In this document: positions 23,173 through 36,719 of the stretch, one piece after another
Numbering within the stretch: position 1 is the first letter of the stretch
Layout of the letters: the number at the start of each line of letters is the position of its first letter
DNA from: Octopus sinensis
Taxonomy: Eukaryota
Direction of reading: 5' to 3'
DNA length: 64,000 nucleotides
NCBI RefSeq assembly: GCF_006345805.1
Contig: NC_043001.1
Coordinates: 67,704,001 to 67,768,000, forward strand
Notes under the pieces: generated by a model
What the model saw: the letters and a program-made list of their open reading frames with translations, nothing else
Database searches by the model: none
Told to the model about the DNA's origin: nothing
Program-made: the position numbers and the translations under genes

Positions 23173-24782
23173 AACAATATTCTGACAAAAATATTGTTTG
23201 GAAAAATGAATTTTTTGTACAATTTAAAAATCTTTTTGGTGTGATTAAAAAATTTTGTTTTTTTAAATAAGCCGTGTTACATAAATTTCACCCCAATTCA
23301 TGGGGGCTCAAAGTCTGACTCCTGATAAAATATTGTTACAGGTGTAAAAATTATTCCAAGTGTAAAAATTTTGGCAATTTCTAAGAATCAGACAGGAGAT
23401 TTTTTTTTAAACAGATCAATGCACACAATTATGCTGAATTTTAATTCTCACAGGGATAAACATTTCATTCTGAAAATTATCATTAAATACAAATACTTCT
23501 TCATGTTCAAGCTTTTACACATTTCAAACAGTAGTTTCTTCACAGGCACATCATACATTTGTCAGTCTTTCATGAAATAATTATTTAATTTAAATAATTG
23601 AAAAAAAAAAAAAAAAACCCATCCAAGTAATGCTTATTGACATAATTTCACTTAAAAAAATTTTTTTAATGAATTTTAGAAATAAAGCAAAAAATATATA
23701 TATTGATTTTCTAACATTCTACAAAATACATTTATTATACAGTTGAATTGCTCAAGACATTTCATTATTCTCCACACCCAAATTACATTAGTATACAAAA
23801 TTCTAATTAGTTGAAATACATGTATTCTGGACTAATGAAATGAATACAGTGACATTGTGACCAATGGAGATTTTTTTTAATTATCACTAAAATTACTAAT
23901 TAGCTAGAATAATATGAGGCATCATTTGATAAATGGAGAGGAGATAAGTTCAAAGACAACTACTACTACTGCTATTATTACTACTACTACTGCTGCTGCT
24001 GCTTCTGCTATAACTAATAGTCAAATTCTAAAACTACTCATCAGCCAGCACCATTGGACCAATGGTGATAGTTTCTAACAGTTGTGGAGCAAAAATTCAC
24101 AAATGTTTATTTTGGAAAGGAATTAAGGAGTTGTTGCTCAACAATGTAGAACACAGCACCAGTGTGTTTGGGGGTTTTTCATTCTTACTTTTTTTTTATA
24201 TTCATTCATTTTTTTTTTTGTCAATAACAAAATTTGCATTTATTTGTGTTACAGAAAGAAACTAACCAAGTACTACAATTCCAAGTTGAAACATTTGAAA
24301 AATATATTCCTGGATTCTAAACTATGCTATCAAGTTTCGTACTAATAGTTCAACAGTCTCTGTTGCTCCTCCCTTTACCTCTCATTCCATTTATCTTTAC
24401 AGAGTAGGTCAAATAATTCCATGAGACACGTTCTTCATTTCTAATCCTCACATAAATAGGAAACTATATATATTTTATATATAAATTATACAATATATAG
24501 TGTAATGAGTGAAACTGTGTCAATGCAGTTCTGAAGACTGTCTTTATGTAATTGTGGAACCAGGGAAAGACAGCTTGGCATAGGTGATTTCTCTCCATAC
24601 ACCTCTATACATCAGCAATCACCAATCAATTAAACAGTGGCCCTGCTATTTACAACAGTCACTAATCAACAACTCTCCAGAGTACTTATTTACAGCAGAA
24701 TATAAAGGGACATACCAGCCATGAAGGTAATTTTGTCCTCAGCTCTACCAATTCTTCCAACCCAACATTCTTCAAATAATGA

Positions 24783-24817
<35 letters not shown>

Positions 24818-26168
24818 ATAATAATAATGATAGCTTTTCTGTTGAACAATATCTAAGACATTTCAGCTAACAGAGGGAGGGAAGCAGAATGTTGCAAGGA
24901 CAATGATTTTCCAAAAAGAGCATTAATTTCATACATTTTCAGTTAGATACAGGAATTAACCTCAGTATTTTAATGCAACTAATTTTTTAATCAACTCTGT
25001 AAAGGTAAAAGGTAACTCTGATGAAATTTGAACTTAGAGACTATGAGGTACTCAACTAATTCCTCTGAAATCAACTGATGTAGTGTTCTGCTGTACTGGA
25101 CAGCACAACCACCAGGATTAATTTCATCAGAACCCTCTCTAGAATCTTTGTAAAGTAACAATTTATCATTTTTATATGAGTAGGGTAGAGTAGTGTGAGA
25201 TGTATGGATAAATAGATAGACATATGGCTGGAAAGATGGATAGATAGATATACAGACAGATAACGAGAGTAAAAGAATAAGAGATTTAATTGTTTCAGAA
25301 ATGCTCAGTATACAAGCTACTTTGATTCTATTGTCAAAGACTAAATTAGAAGAATGGTCAGTTTTACTTCACACTCTCCCTTCTCATTGTCTGCAATGTC
25401 ATCTATGAGATACAGCAAACTTGAGTAACTTAAGCTCAACACTTTAGCTATAGTCCTAGTCTTTAGACCCAGGATGACATAAATTTGGTATGTTTCAAAG
25501 AAAATCTTGTTGATATTCTTGAGTTTTTTTAATTTGTTTCTGTTTTTTAGAAATTCCAGTTGCAATGCCAACCTGATACTGGACTGAATTCCTCAGTAAA
25601 CTTCAATATTTTAGAATCATTTCAACATTGCTAGATAAAATGATTAAAAAAAAGACACCACCTTTTCCTAAATCTGTTTAACTCCAAATACAATGCTACC
25701 CGTGTGTTTTGAAAGGAAATATAAAATGGATTTTATTAATTTTATGGAGGATTATAAATATGTTACTTCGAAGTGTGTGATGACAAAATATTGTTTTTTT
25801 TTTCCTATATAAAATGTGCATAGTAGAGTACCACTTCGAGACAGTACAATCAGTGAGCAAACCATTCTTCAAAGACACACTGAAATTATGAAATTAAACT
25901 ATATATTATTTATGTGTGTGTATAATTATGTATGTATGCATGTGTGTGTGTATACACACACACACACACGTAAATATAAATGTGTGTGGGTTCAATAAAA
26001 TTAGAGTAAAGTAACAAAAATAATGCTGTAAATTTAAATATTGGAAGAAAACTCTAGCCATGTCTAGGAATGGAGAAAAACAAAACAAAAACAAACAAAA
26101 TGAATAGATAACCAACAACAAAACAAAAAAACAACAAAAGGAAAATGGTGTAATGTTCATGAAGATGG

Positions 26169-28490
26169 TTAGGATAATTCCATTTGCTCGTCACAGATTA
26201 AAGTACCATTATTTGTCTGGTTCTCACTAGCAGTGAAGTTTCTGGTTTGACTGAAGTCTCGGTGTTGTTCATTGTTTTCTACAAGAACAGAAGTGTGTTT
26301 AAAATTTAGGTCAGAACCCTGAATGTTTGTATATGGTGGTAAGCAATCCTTTGCTGACAGACACTTGGCAGAGATCTCACTGGTTGTTGTTCCTGTATAG
26401 GGGGAATACATTCTGGCCACATTATGCTCTGGCTTTGAATGTAAAAAGTTGTTGTTATTTACTGTGAGATCACAGGTTGCTGTATTACTATTATTTTCAA
26501 CAGGAGACAATGCGTAAGAAAGATTTGTCATTTGGTGGTCACAACCAGTAAAATTTGGCACCGCCACTCGGCAACCAGCTTGCAATTGAGTCTGTACAGA
26601 ATTTAAGTGAAGTGCATTACACAAGTTAGAGGATTTCTGTGACTGTACATATGCAGATACTTCGCATGAAGAAGGGTAACAGCTTGTATTGACATTTTCT
26701 GCTGTTTCTTTGGGAACCAATAATAAAGGTGATGCAAATTGGGAAGGAATTGATGAGTCTATGAATTGTTGATTCTGATTGGCTTCATAAATGAGGGATG
26801 ATGGAGTTGAAGAAATTGGGGGTAAAATTTCATTAGGACAAACAATCTTTTGTGGCATTACCTGCGGTGAATATGGAGTAGGTTGGTGGGAGAAAGAGTA
26901 GCACGTAATATCAGAAGGCCTTGATTGAAAAGATTGTTGATTGTGGGGTTGAAATGTCGAGACAGGCTGGTTTACAGTGGCCAGCTTCGTAGTTGTAGAT
27001 TTTACCTTTGTTGTGTTGGGAAAGCCTTGTGGTGTCATGTAATACATACTGTACTGCATAGGTGGGTAGACAGTTGGAGCTACTTGCTGGGTGGAAGCTG
27101 GTGTCACATTGGAGCCACTAGAACCAATATTCAGTTGCTGGAATTGGTGCTGAAGAACAGATTGCTTGTGGAAACTTTGCCTCTTTTGCTGAAGACGTAG
27201 ATGCTGCAATATCTTCTTACCACCTGGGTGATATTCTGTAGCTGTGTTAGTGACACCTTGATGATGAAATAATAATTGGGTTGTTGGTTCACTCTGGACT
27301 TGATCAAGATGCTGTTCAACTTGCATGCTCTGTTTCAGGGCCAAGAGCCTGTGAGGTTGCATATCAGTAGTCTCAGCAGGTAAACTCATGCGCTTTATCA
27401 GCTGTCGAGGTTTGGAGGCTGGGGCTTCCTCTAGTGACCACTGTCTCCACTTCATTCTCTCGTGATAGTTGCGATGGGAACGAGCTTTGTTTAATTCAGC
27501 TGTCCCTTTTGAGGGTCCAGTGTTACTGGCCAGCTCTTGAAATTCTTGCCGGAGTTCTGCTATCCCCTGGGCTCTAGTTGTATCACGCAGCTGTTGGCGA
27601 AACGCAATCATACCTTGAGTCATTTGTCCATCGGAAGCTCGTCTTCCTTCTCGGAAGTCAACAGGTGAATGTGTCTCGTTTCGGTCTTGAGAATAATCAG
27701 CACTTACTTGAGTTGATACTAAAGGAGGACTTTGTATAGGTGTAGGGATTGTAGTGGAAATGACTGTTCCTTGGCCAGGTTGCTGACCAGATGGTGCCGT
27801 TGAGTATCCAGCATGAGAGTAAGATGTCTGGCTTAAACCAATATCTGCCTCTAATGTTGAATCAAAGCTGGTAAAAGGTGAAGATTGGTTACTATCAGAA
27901 CTTACTTGGGGCGATATATCAGATGTATCAGAAAACTTTTGCATTTTGGTCCGGGTGTCCGAACCATAACTATCTATTTCTGATATATCTGCCTCAACAC
28001 CCTCATCAATGGAAGAGGTAATCAAATGGCTTGTCATAGTGTGTGAAGGTTTGAGACAGGTTTGAGACAGTACATCAGAGAGGCATGCTGGCTTGGCAAT
28101 AGGTGTGGCTTGGGGTAAAACAGATGGGATTACAGGCAGTGGAGGATTAGCAGTGGATCGATTAGTTGTATCAGAACTTTCTGAATAACCAGAGGTGTGT
28201 TGTGGGACAGTCGTTGATGGCCCAATTGGAGGGACACAGTCTGTAGTTTTTGTGAACAAACTTTGCTTGGTATTGAGTGGTTGCATGCGGTAAGCTGGAT
28301 TTGGGACTACACTTGGTGCTTGGGTGGAAGCAAGACGTGGATTCATGGCTTGTTCAGCAATTTGACTTGGTCGCCGTTTTCGCGCATCCAGTTGATTATA
28401 AACAGGAAAACTGCTACGATGTTGCTTGAGCCGATCAAGTAATAAATAATATATTGCACTGAATGGATCATATGCATTATTTTTCAGAGA
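26169..28490 (-). CDS. SIK2: Salt-inducible kinase, terminal coding exon (end of UBA domain plus entire C-terminal tail, 773 aa + stop)
   Basis: Acceptor TTTTCAG at 28491; SLKNNAYDPFSAIYYLLLDRLK (UBA), RRPSQIAEQ, SSIDEGVE, EGRRASDG, TQGMIAFRQQL and KGTAELN are SIK1/2-type motifs; TAA at 26171-26169. The ORF track starts too late (28346). Confidence 0.93.
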   Translation of the reverse strand, partial: SLKNNAYDPFSAIYYLLLDRLKQHRSSFPVYNQLDARKRRPSQIAEQAMNPRLASTQAPSVVPNPAYRMQPLNTKQSLFTKTTDCVPPIGPSTTVPQHTSGYSESSDTTNRSTANPPLPVIPSVLPQATPIAKPACLSDVLSQTCLKPSHTMTSHLITSSIDEGVEADISEIDSYGSDTRTKMQKFSDTSDISPQVSSDSNQSSPFTSFDSTLEADIGLSQTSYSHAGYSTAPSGQQPGQGTVISTTIPTPIQSPPLVSTQVSADYSQDRNETHSPVDFREGRRASDGQMTQGMIAFRQQLRDTTRAQGIAELRQEFQELASNTGPSKGTAELNKARSHRNYHERMKWRQWSLEEAPASKPRQLIKRMSLPAETTDMQPHRLLALKQSMQVEQHLDQVQSEPTTQLLFHHQGVTNTATEYHPGGKKILQHLRLQQKRQSFHKQSVLQHQFQQLNIGSSGSNVTPASTQQVAPTVYPPMQYSMYYMTPQGFPNTTKVKSTTTKLATVNQPVSTFQPHNQQSFQSRPSDITCYSFSHQPTPYSPQVMPQKIVCPNEILPPISSTPSSLIYEANQNQQFIDSSIPSQFASPLLLVPKETAENVNTSCYPSSCEVSAYVQSQKSSNLCNALHLNSVQTQLQAGCRVAVPNFTGCDHQMTNLSYALSPVENNSNTATCDLTVNNNNFLHSKPEHNVARMYSPYTGTTTSEISAKCLSAKDCLPPYTNIQGSDLNFKHTSVLVENNEQHRDFSQTRNFTASENQTNNGTLICDEQMELS

Positions 28491-28580
28491 CTGAAAATAG
28501 AAATGAAATTAAGAAAATATTTAAGAATATAATACATTAATAAATATATGCATAAGAGTGTATGTATGTGTGAATGAATG

Positions 28581-28612
<32 letters not shown>

Positions 28613-29189
28613 ATATATACACACACATGGGTCATCCCCACCATTCACTACATCCATCCCTCAACACTTGTTCTTCATTCATTATATTCACATCTCCTCT
28701 CAACCATCCCTCATCGATAACTCCTCCATACACTCTTGCAATCTCTACACACCCACACTGCTGGTACTTCTGTCTCCACTTCACTCCCTACTCATCTTGA
28801 GGATCAACTCAGAGACCTCATCATCACTATTCTTATCTCTTCCCAGCTCTACCCTGTCTATTCTAAAATATGAATAGTCATGAAACTCCTGTATAGCGAG
28901 AAACCTGTTCAGCTCTGGACCCTTCCTTCATACTTGAACCCCTCATCTACTAACATATAGTTTCTCCCACCATTATTCCAAGGGGTTTGTAACCTTGCAA
29001 GCTACCTGGCAACCTCACTATTGCTGGTAGCATGAAAAAAAACACCCAATACACACTGTAAAGAGGTTGGATGTCAGAAAAGTTCAGGGATGTCTGGAAC
29101 TAAACAACATTACTTGAGTGTCTTCCTAGGCCTTAAAAGGCTCGATCAATCTTTTTCAACTAACAAAGATGTTGATGATTGAAGACATA

Positions 29190-29399
29190 TATAGCTCAGC
29201 AGTGCTTGTGTTTGACTATTTTTCTCTTCCATTTATCTTTTACTTGTTTCAGTATTTGACTGTAGCCATGCTGGGGCATCACCTTAAAGGGTCGACTCCA
29301 GGACTTATTTTTTTAAAGCCTAGTACTTATTGTATTGATCTCTTTTGCTGAACTGCTAGATTACAGGAACATAAAGACACACACATATATCTATCCTTG

Positions 29400-29432
<33 letters not shown>

Positions 29433-29770
29433 TTAATAAGGGTGAGAGAATTAGATACTAATTTAATAGTATATCTATTCAACACCAAGTGGCCTAGTGC
29501 TCCGAGAAACCTGGATTATTATAATATTTTATAATATATTATAATATTTTTACAAAATAAATATAAGAGAGTGGTCACTATATGGCTCACTCTAGCACCA
29601 GTTAATCCAAAAGGTTTCAACCACAAAAATACATGTTTCCCATGAAAGTCAGTACGATTGTGAGCTAACAATCGTACTGACTTTCATGGGAAACATGTAT
29701 TTTTGTGGTTGAAACCTTTTGGACTAACTGGTGCTAGAGTGAGCCATATAGTGACCACTCTCTTATATTT

Positions 29771-29809
<39 letters not shown>

Positions 29810-29985
29810 TATATATATGAAGGGTTTCTTTCAATTTCCGTCTACCAAATCCGCTCACAATGCTTTGGTTAGCTTGAGGCAATAGTAGAAGACACTTGCC
29901 CAAGGTGTCACAAGGTGGGACTGAACCCAGAGCCATGTGGATGGGAAACAAGCTTCTTACCACACAGTTACACCTGCATATTTAC
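29190..29985 (-). mobile_element. Microsatellite SINE split by a ~350-bp insertion in its (TA)n tract
   Basis: Head at ~29820-29985 and tail at ~29190-29400 match the 16607-16992 family; foreign sequence lies at 29426-29777 between TA runs. Confidence 0.75.
29554..29775. repeat. 222-bp near-perfect palindrome (2 mismatches) centred on AG|CT at 29664/29665
   Basis: Arms pair base-for-base except 29662/29667 and AGTTAATCC versus AGTTAGTCC. Confidence 0.95.
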
Positions 29986-30174
29986 TCTTAGAAATTAGAA
30001 CTGCTTGACAAATTTCATTTTAGGATATAAGATTGGTTAGAATTGGATTTTTTATCTTTTATGGTTCCAATACTCAACCAGAGACTTATTCAAACAGGTT
30101 TAGGATTCATCTTATGCAATATAGGGTAGATAAATACCTCCCAGTCCCTAGAAAGAGATGTAAGTGGAACTTAC

Positions 30175-30395
30175 TTCGATAGTATGTTGCTGATCAATAC
30201 CATTACTGTGCATCTGGCGTAGAATATATTCACTGAACTCTCCAACTTGACCCTTAGCACCAATAACAGGACTAGGGGGCAGACTCTTAGGAGGTCCACC
30301 ATCTTCCTGAATCCAACGGTGGTTTCTGACCTGCTGAATAGTGTACCGTTTGGCTGGATCCAACACCAGCATTTTACGGATCAGTTGTTCACATT
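30175..30395 (-). CDS. SIK2: SIK exon (221 bp): end of kinase domain and start of UBA
   Basis: (E)CEQLIRKMLVLDPAKRYTIQQVRNHRWI..EFSEYILRQMHSNGIDQQHTIE; TTTCAG acceptor, GTAAGT donor; phase 1 to 0. Confidence 0.95.
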
Positions 30396-31274
30396 CTGAA
30401 AGAGAGAGAGAGAAGAGGAGAGAATATTACCAATATTGGTTTAGGCATTCAGGAAAAGATGGTAAGGCAAAGAATGAGCAGGATCAGGGCTAGGAAGATA
30501 GAGGGGAGACAAAAGAAAAATGGGGTTCTTTTAAGGATTGGGTGTGGCAACATTCATATCAGATCAAACTTCGGTGAGGAGTTAATGAGGAAACTTTTAC
30601 ATGGACACCAAACCTGCATGAAATAACCAAATCTTTCTAAACTCATATTTTCTCATCTCAAAATAGAAAGAATATGCTGGGTATTATAACCTTAATTACA
30701 CTTTGAGTTAATAAAAGAAGGGAAGGCCACAAATGGAAGCCTTTGCTTGCTGATCTGCTGGATGAGCAACAACCAATTATGATGACTATAAACAGCTGTC
30801 CCTGTCAACGGTCACACCTAGCATTACACTGGTACTTATTTTATCGATTTCAAAAGAACGAAAGACAAAGTCGACCTCAACAGAATTTGAACTCAGAACA
30901 TAGACAGATGAAATGCTAAGTATTTTGCTTGGCGTGCTAATGATTCTGCCAGCTCACCTCACACTTGACATTAAACCATAAGAACAAAGAGAACACCATA
31001 TAATCACTTTACACAGTGCCTTTACTACAATCAGGTGTAAACAAACTACTCTAAATGTATTATTCTTATTTCATATAAATCTGAAGAGGATTAATCATAT
31101 TATTTTACATTAATCTGAAGAGGAAGCAGCAGCAGTGCCTAAAGATTGACTAGATCCTTTGAGAAGTGAGGATAGAAATAGAGAAAATGTGGACAGGGAG
31201 AGAGTTACAGAGTGAATAACTTGAATTATGTATTATTAGCTAATACATTAAAAAATTAATCAGGTTGACAATCA

Positions 31275-31406
<132 letters not shown>

Positions 31407-31650
31407 CTATAAGAGAAAAGAAAATGAATTAATACATTTCAGTAAATAACTTTTGTTTATACATGCATGTACATATCAAATCTGTGCATGTGTGTATGTA
31501 GTGATATACAGTAGTAAGAATTAATGAAGCAAGAAGTAATTAATGATATATGTTATATAAGAGTTTCCCTATTTCAGAGGAGCAGAGTTCAAAATCAGAA
31601 AATATCCCAGAATGAATACAATAGTGTGGTCAAAATATTCAGAAGAGTCA

Positions 31651-31803
<153 letters not shown>

Positions 31804-31846
31804 TTAAGAATTACACCACATGTCAAAGCTGCAGAGATTAAGTGGA

Positions 31847-31899
<53 letters not shown>

Positions 31900-32092
31900 G
31901 GGGGAGAGAGAGAGACACACACACACACACACAAGTGAGTGGGCAAACATAAAGGCACTCAATTTATTGGGAATTACACGTATCGATCACAGTTTGAATC
32001 AAATTCGTTGGTACCGGAGTTTCAAAATTCAAAATGGCTGACAACTAGCATTGTGCTTGAAACTCAAGAGTACCAACGAATTTGAATCAAAC

Positions 32093-32131
<39 letters not shown>

Positions 32132-33443
32132 GAGAAATAAGAAAACAGAGAGGATATAACATCTGTTTTCTTATTTGTTGTATAAATCAAGGGTAAACCA
32201 CTTGTTACCCCCGCCCATATATAATACCCAATTGCGAGATTGCCATGCAATAACTAGCACTTGGATATGAATAATTGTGTACACTACTACCAGCAGTATA
32301 TTGGTTTCTCAACCTCTAACTCATAAATAAATAAATAAATAGATATATGTATATCAGAAAACATCCCAGAATGAATACAGGTGCGTGCACACATATGGCA
32401 TTGACAAGATTTAAAACCTCAGGGGATGTTTCAGGAGACTTAACTTTTACAAAAATTCAACTAATTGTGCAGGAATAACAAATATTTTTCAAACTCCATG
32501 TCTATTTGGAAATGGTTAAGGTTTATTCTAGAGCTGCTTAGTCAACTTTATGTTCTGAATTCAAACTCTGCTGCATTTTACTTTAATTTTTCCCTAGGAC
32601 TCACAAAATAATACCATTTATGAACTGGAGTTGATGTCATTCACTACTCCATTCACTGCAAAAAAGTGGCATGTGCCTATGTTACAAATTATTATTAGTA
32701 AGTATATGTACATAGTGATTACTAATTGCCAGAACAAAGACCAATTCATTATTCAGCCAAGATATTACACCTGGCTGCCTCAAATGTTTAATGAAAGCTT
32801 TCTTCCACTACCAAGCAAGAAAGAGAAGAAACTTGTTCTACAATCAAAACACAGGTAACCTGTTTAGAAGAGAAGTGACTAAAAAGAAAAAAAAAACAGA
32901 TACAAAGTAGTGGGGGGAAAGGGATTTACTAGTTTCAGTGGAACTACAAAATACACCTAGTTCTTACTGTTAGGTGGCTTGTGACAAGTAGAAGTACACC
33001 CAGCTGTAAAAAGCTATGTCATGGGAGCATAATGTACTGTGTCATGCCAGTCTGATATGCTGTGTCATGTGGGCATGAAAAAGCAGATGTAAAAAGAAAA
33101 AAATCCACCCCACCCACATACTTAAAGTACTCATTAATATTGGAGAGCAATAACAAACCTATTTTTCATTACATTAAAGCAAATTTAATAGTTCTTATTT
33201 TATGAGATCTTGTTGTTTACTTTTAATTATCTATTCCATTTGCTTTTCTGTGCTGACATGTGTGTGTATATGTACACAATGAATATAAAAATTACAAGAA
33301 AATTTTGATGAAATTTTAATTTTTTTCATTGGTTTGGTTTAGAGGAAAGAACTGTGCACCACTATCCCTTCCAGCTGGTGACAAAAATACATTAAAGGAG
33401 AAAAGGAAGAAAGTAAAGAAAAGATTAGAAAATATAAACTTAC

Positions 33444-33489
33444 CTGCAATCTTAATGTTCATATTAGCATCAAGGAGTAAATTTTCAGC
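33444..33489 (-). CDS. SIK2: SIK micro-exon (46 bp), after HRDLK
   Basis: AENLLLDANMNIKIA+G; CTCTAG acceptor, GTAAGT donor; phase fits both neighbours. Confidence 0.95.
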
Positions 33490-33639
33490 CTAGAGAACAG
33501 AATCAAAAATAAGTTTATTAGCAGAGAAGCTATACAAGATTCTGTATAATTTAATGTGGAGTTTATCAATGGCAGCAAGAATTGGTAAAATCTAGGCAAA
33601 TTTCAATATTTTATTGCTTGGTTACACCTCACTGGAAAA

Positions 33640-34130
33640 CCCCCAGGTTATATCCAACTTTGGGAGGGGAGATTGTAGTCAGATTGTCTCCAGTACATAA
33701 CAGCTACTGTATCAACATTGGAAGGATGAAATGTGGAAATGGGATCTGACGTAAATACCAGTCAATATTGGTTTCAAATTTTGATACAAGGCCAGCCATT
33801 TTGGGGGAGGGTTAAGTTGATTACATTATCCTCAGTACTCAATTGGAATTTATTTTATCAACCCTGAAAGGATGAAAGGCAAAGTCAACCTCAGTGGAAT
33901 CTGAACTCAGAACATAAAGATGGACAAAACGCTGCAAAACATTTTGCTCAGCATGCTAATGATTTGGTCAGACACTATGGTTTCAAATTTTGCTAAACTG
34001 GTACTCTTTTTATTGACCCTGAAAGGATGAAAGGCAAGGTTGAACTTGGCAGAATTTGCACTCAGAACGTGAAGACAGATGAAATGCTGCAAAGCATTTT
34101 GCTTATAGTGCTAACAATTCTGCCAGCTGA
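33640..34130 (-). repeat. Tandem cluster of the ~200-bp short repeat family (same as 15241-16040)
   Basis: Repeated GGATGAAAGGCAAAG..GGCAGAATTTG(A/C)ACTCAGAAC..GATGAAATGCT..TTCTGCCAGCT units; another pair lies at ~36310-36720 on the plus strand. Confidence 0.7.
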
Positions 34131-35426
34131 TCACCTTAATTTCACCATTCAGTTATTGCCAACCATTATGTTCCACTCCAAAGATTCTATCACACAGCTG
34201 TTCTAATTATCTTTTTATCTTTTGTTTCAGTCATCTGAGTGAGGCCATGGGGGGGGGGGGGGCACCACCTTGAAGGGTTTTAGTTGAATAAATTAGCTTC
34301 AGGACTTACTTTTTTAACCCTAGTACTTATTCTATTAGTCTCTATTGCTGATTGCTAAGTTATGGGGCATAAACACCAACACTGGTTGTCAAATGGTGAT
34401 GGGGGGGAAAAACACAAAGATACACACACACACACGATGGGCTTCTTTCAGTTTCCATCTACCAAATCCACTCAAAAAGGTTTTGGTCATCTTGAGGCTA
34501 TAGTAAAAGACACTTGCCCAAGGTTCCATGCAGTGAGACTGAACCCAGAACCATGTTGTTGGAATGCAAGCTTCTTACCACACAGCCACAACTGTGCCTA
34601 TGATTGTAAACATTCCTAATATAGGTACAAGGTCTCGCATTTTGACATGTTGCCTCTTGATGATGATGACATCATCACAGATGAATCATACCAATGAACA
34701 AACTATGTGGTCATATGACGTCCTAGAAACAGTAACTAAATGCCCCTCAAACCACACCCTACTGTCTTACATAAAAGATATTCTTAAAATATTCACAGCT
34801 GACATACTTTAATGATTGGTCTACTGTGTCACAGTTGACCCAGGACAAAAAGATAATATATATCTACTACCATAGTCAAGGCATGAATGCTACAACATCA
34901 CTCCCCACCATTTCTTTACTCTATCAAAATAAGGTATGATAGTTAATATAAATAAATACTGACGTATTTATAAATATTAAAAGAGTATGAAGATATGGTG
35001 AGTAGGCAGACACACAGACACATGCGTAAAGAATCAAAACACAAACATGTATACACACACAGACCTATCTCCCAATGCACACTGTTCTAACGATAATTCA
35101 AAGGATATGTGTGGAGGGGAGAAGTCAGAGGAGTGAGCAATGGTAGTTACTGTAGCTGCAGTCTCTATAACAGCTGCACCTTCTGCTGCATCTGTTGGTG
35201 TTGATGTGTTGCATCACAACACAAGACTTTGGTGGGGGGGGGGGTAGGCTTACAGGCACAGGGGTAGATTTCCATAAATATTTTGTATAGTGGAGGTTGG
35301 GAGGAGAGTTTGGTAGTGAGAGGGTGGTGGAGAGAGAGAGAGAGAGGAAAGAGAGGGTGGGAGAGAGAGAAAGAAGTAATAAATGAAGTCATGAGAATTT
35401 ACAGTCCCTCCTTCTAAATGATCTCC

Positions 35427-35482
<56 letters not shown>

Positions 35483-36719
35483 CACACACACACACACATA
35501 CATATATGTGTATATCATACACAGAGACATTATACATATATATTGTATACATAATATATATATATGTGTGTTTATAGAAAAAAAATTCAGCCATTTACAC
35601 ATAAATATAGACACTGACACATCACAGTAGAGCTCCGAGAGAAGCCAAGTTGAATAGAACAACAGTGAAGTGTCTATTAGAAAGCATGTACAAGTGGCAA
35701 TGATAAGTTAAACGGATTATCAAGGAGAGGAAGGGTGGATGTGTTTTTTTAGAGTCATACATACAGACATAGAATAGAAAAGAATAAAAATGAAATCTGA
35801 CTAAAACAACAACAACAACAATAATAATAATAATGGTTTCAAATTTTACCACAAAGGTAGCCATTTTGGGGGAGGGGATCAGTCAATTACATCAACCCCA
35901 GTGTTTCACTGGTACTTAATTTACCGACTATGAAATGATGAAAGGCAAAGTCGACCTTGGCAGAATTTAAAGTATCTGCTGTGAGTGTTCACTATTCCCA
36001 GCAAACCTGTCAAAGGACTAGCCTAGAATTACATCATGGATTCACTGTTGCTGAAATATCCAGCAGACCACACACACAGTTTCTCAGTATTGCGTAACAC
36101 GTAAAGAATATTTTAAAAACAAGAATAACAACCTGCCAAGCAAAAACCACAGACACACACACACACACACACACACAGCATGGTACTTTCTTTTTTATTT
36201 GAAACTCTTGTACAAGAGTTAAACGAAAAAATTTACACCTTATGAACATTTGGCAACAATCTTTCTTCCTGTTCCATCCCAACCCTCCATTTAGTTGTTA
36301 ACTTATTATTATTAAGGTGGCAAGCTGGAAGAATCGTTAGAGTGTTGAATGCTTAGTGGCATTTCTTTCAGATCTTTACATTCAAATACTGTCAAGGTCA
36401 ACTTTGCTTTTCATCCCTCTGGAGTTGATAAAATAAAGTACCAGGCAAGGACCAGGGTTGATGTAATCAACTTGTTCCTCACATCACCTCAAAATTATTG
36501 TCCTTATGCCCAAATTTGAAACCATTATTATTACTATTATAAGTGTGGCAACCTAGCAGAATTGTTAGAGCATCAGACAAGATGTTTTACAGTATTTGCT
36601 CTGAGTCTTTAAATTCTGAGTTCAAATCCCACTGAAGTTAACTATGCCTTTTGTCCTTCACGGTCAATAAAATAAAGTATCAGTTTACCACGGGAGTTGA
36701 TGGAATTCCAATTTACCAG

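Noticed and set aside
26925-27200. Plus-strand 91-aa ORF overlapping the SIK terminal exon
   Set aside because: It is an antisense shadow of a coding exon with no independent features.
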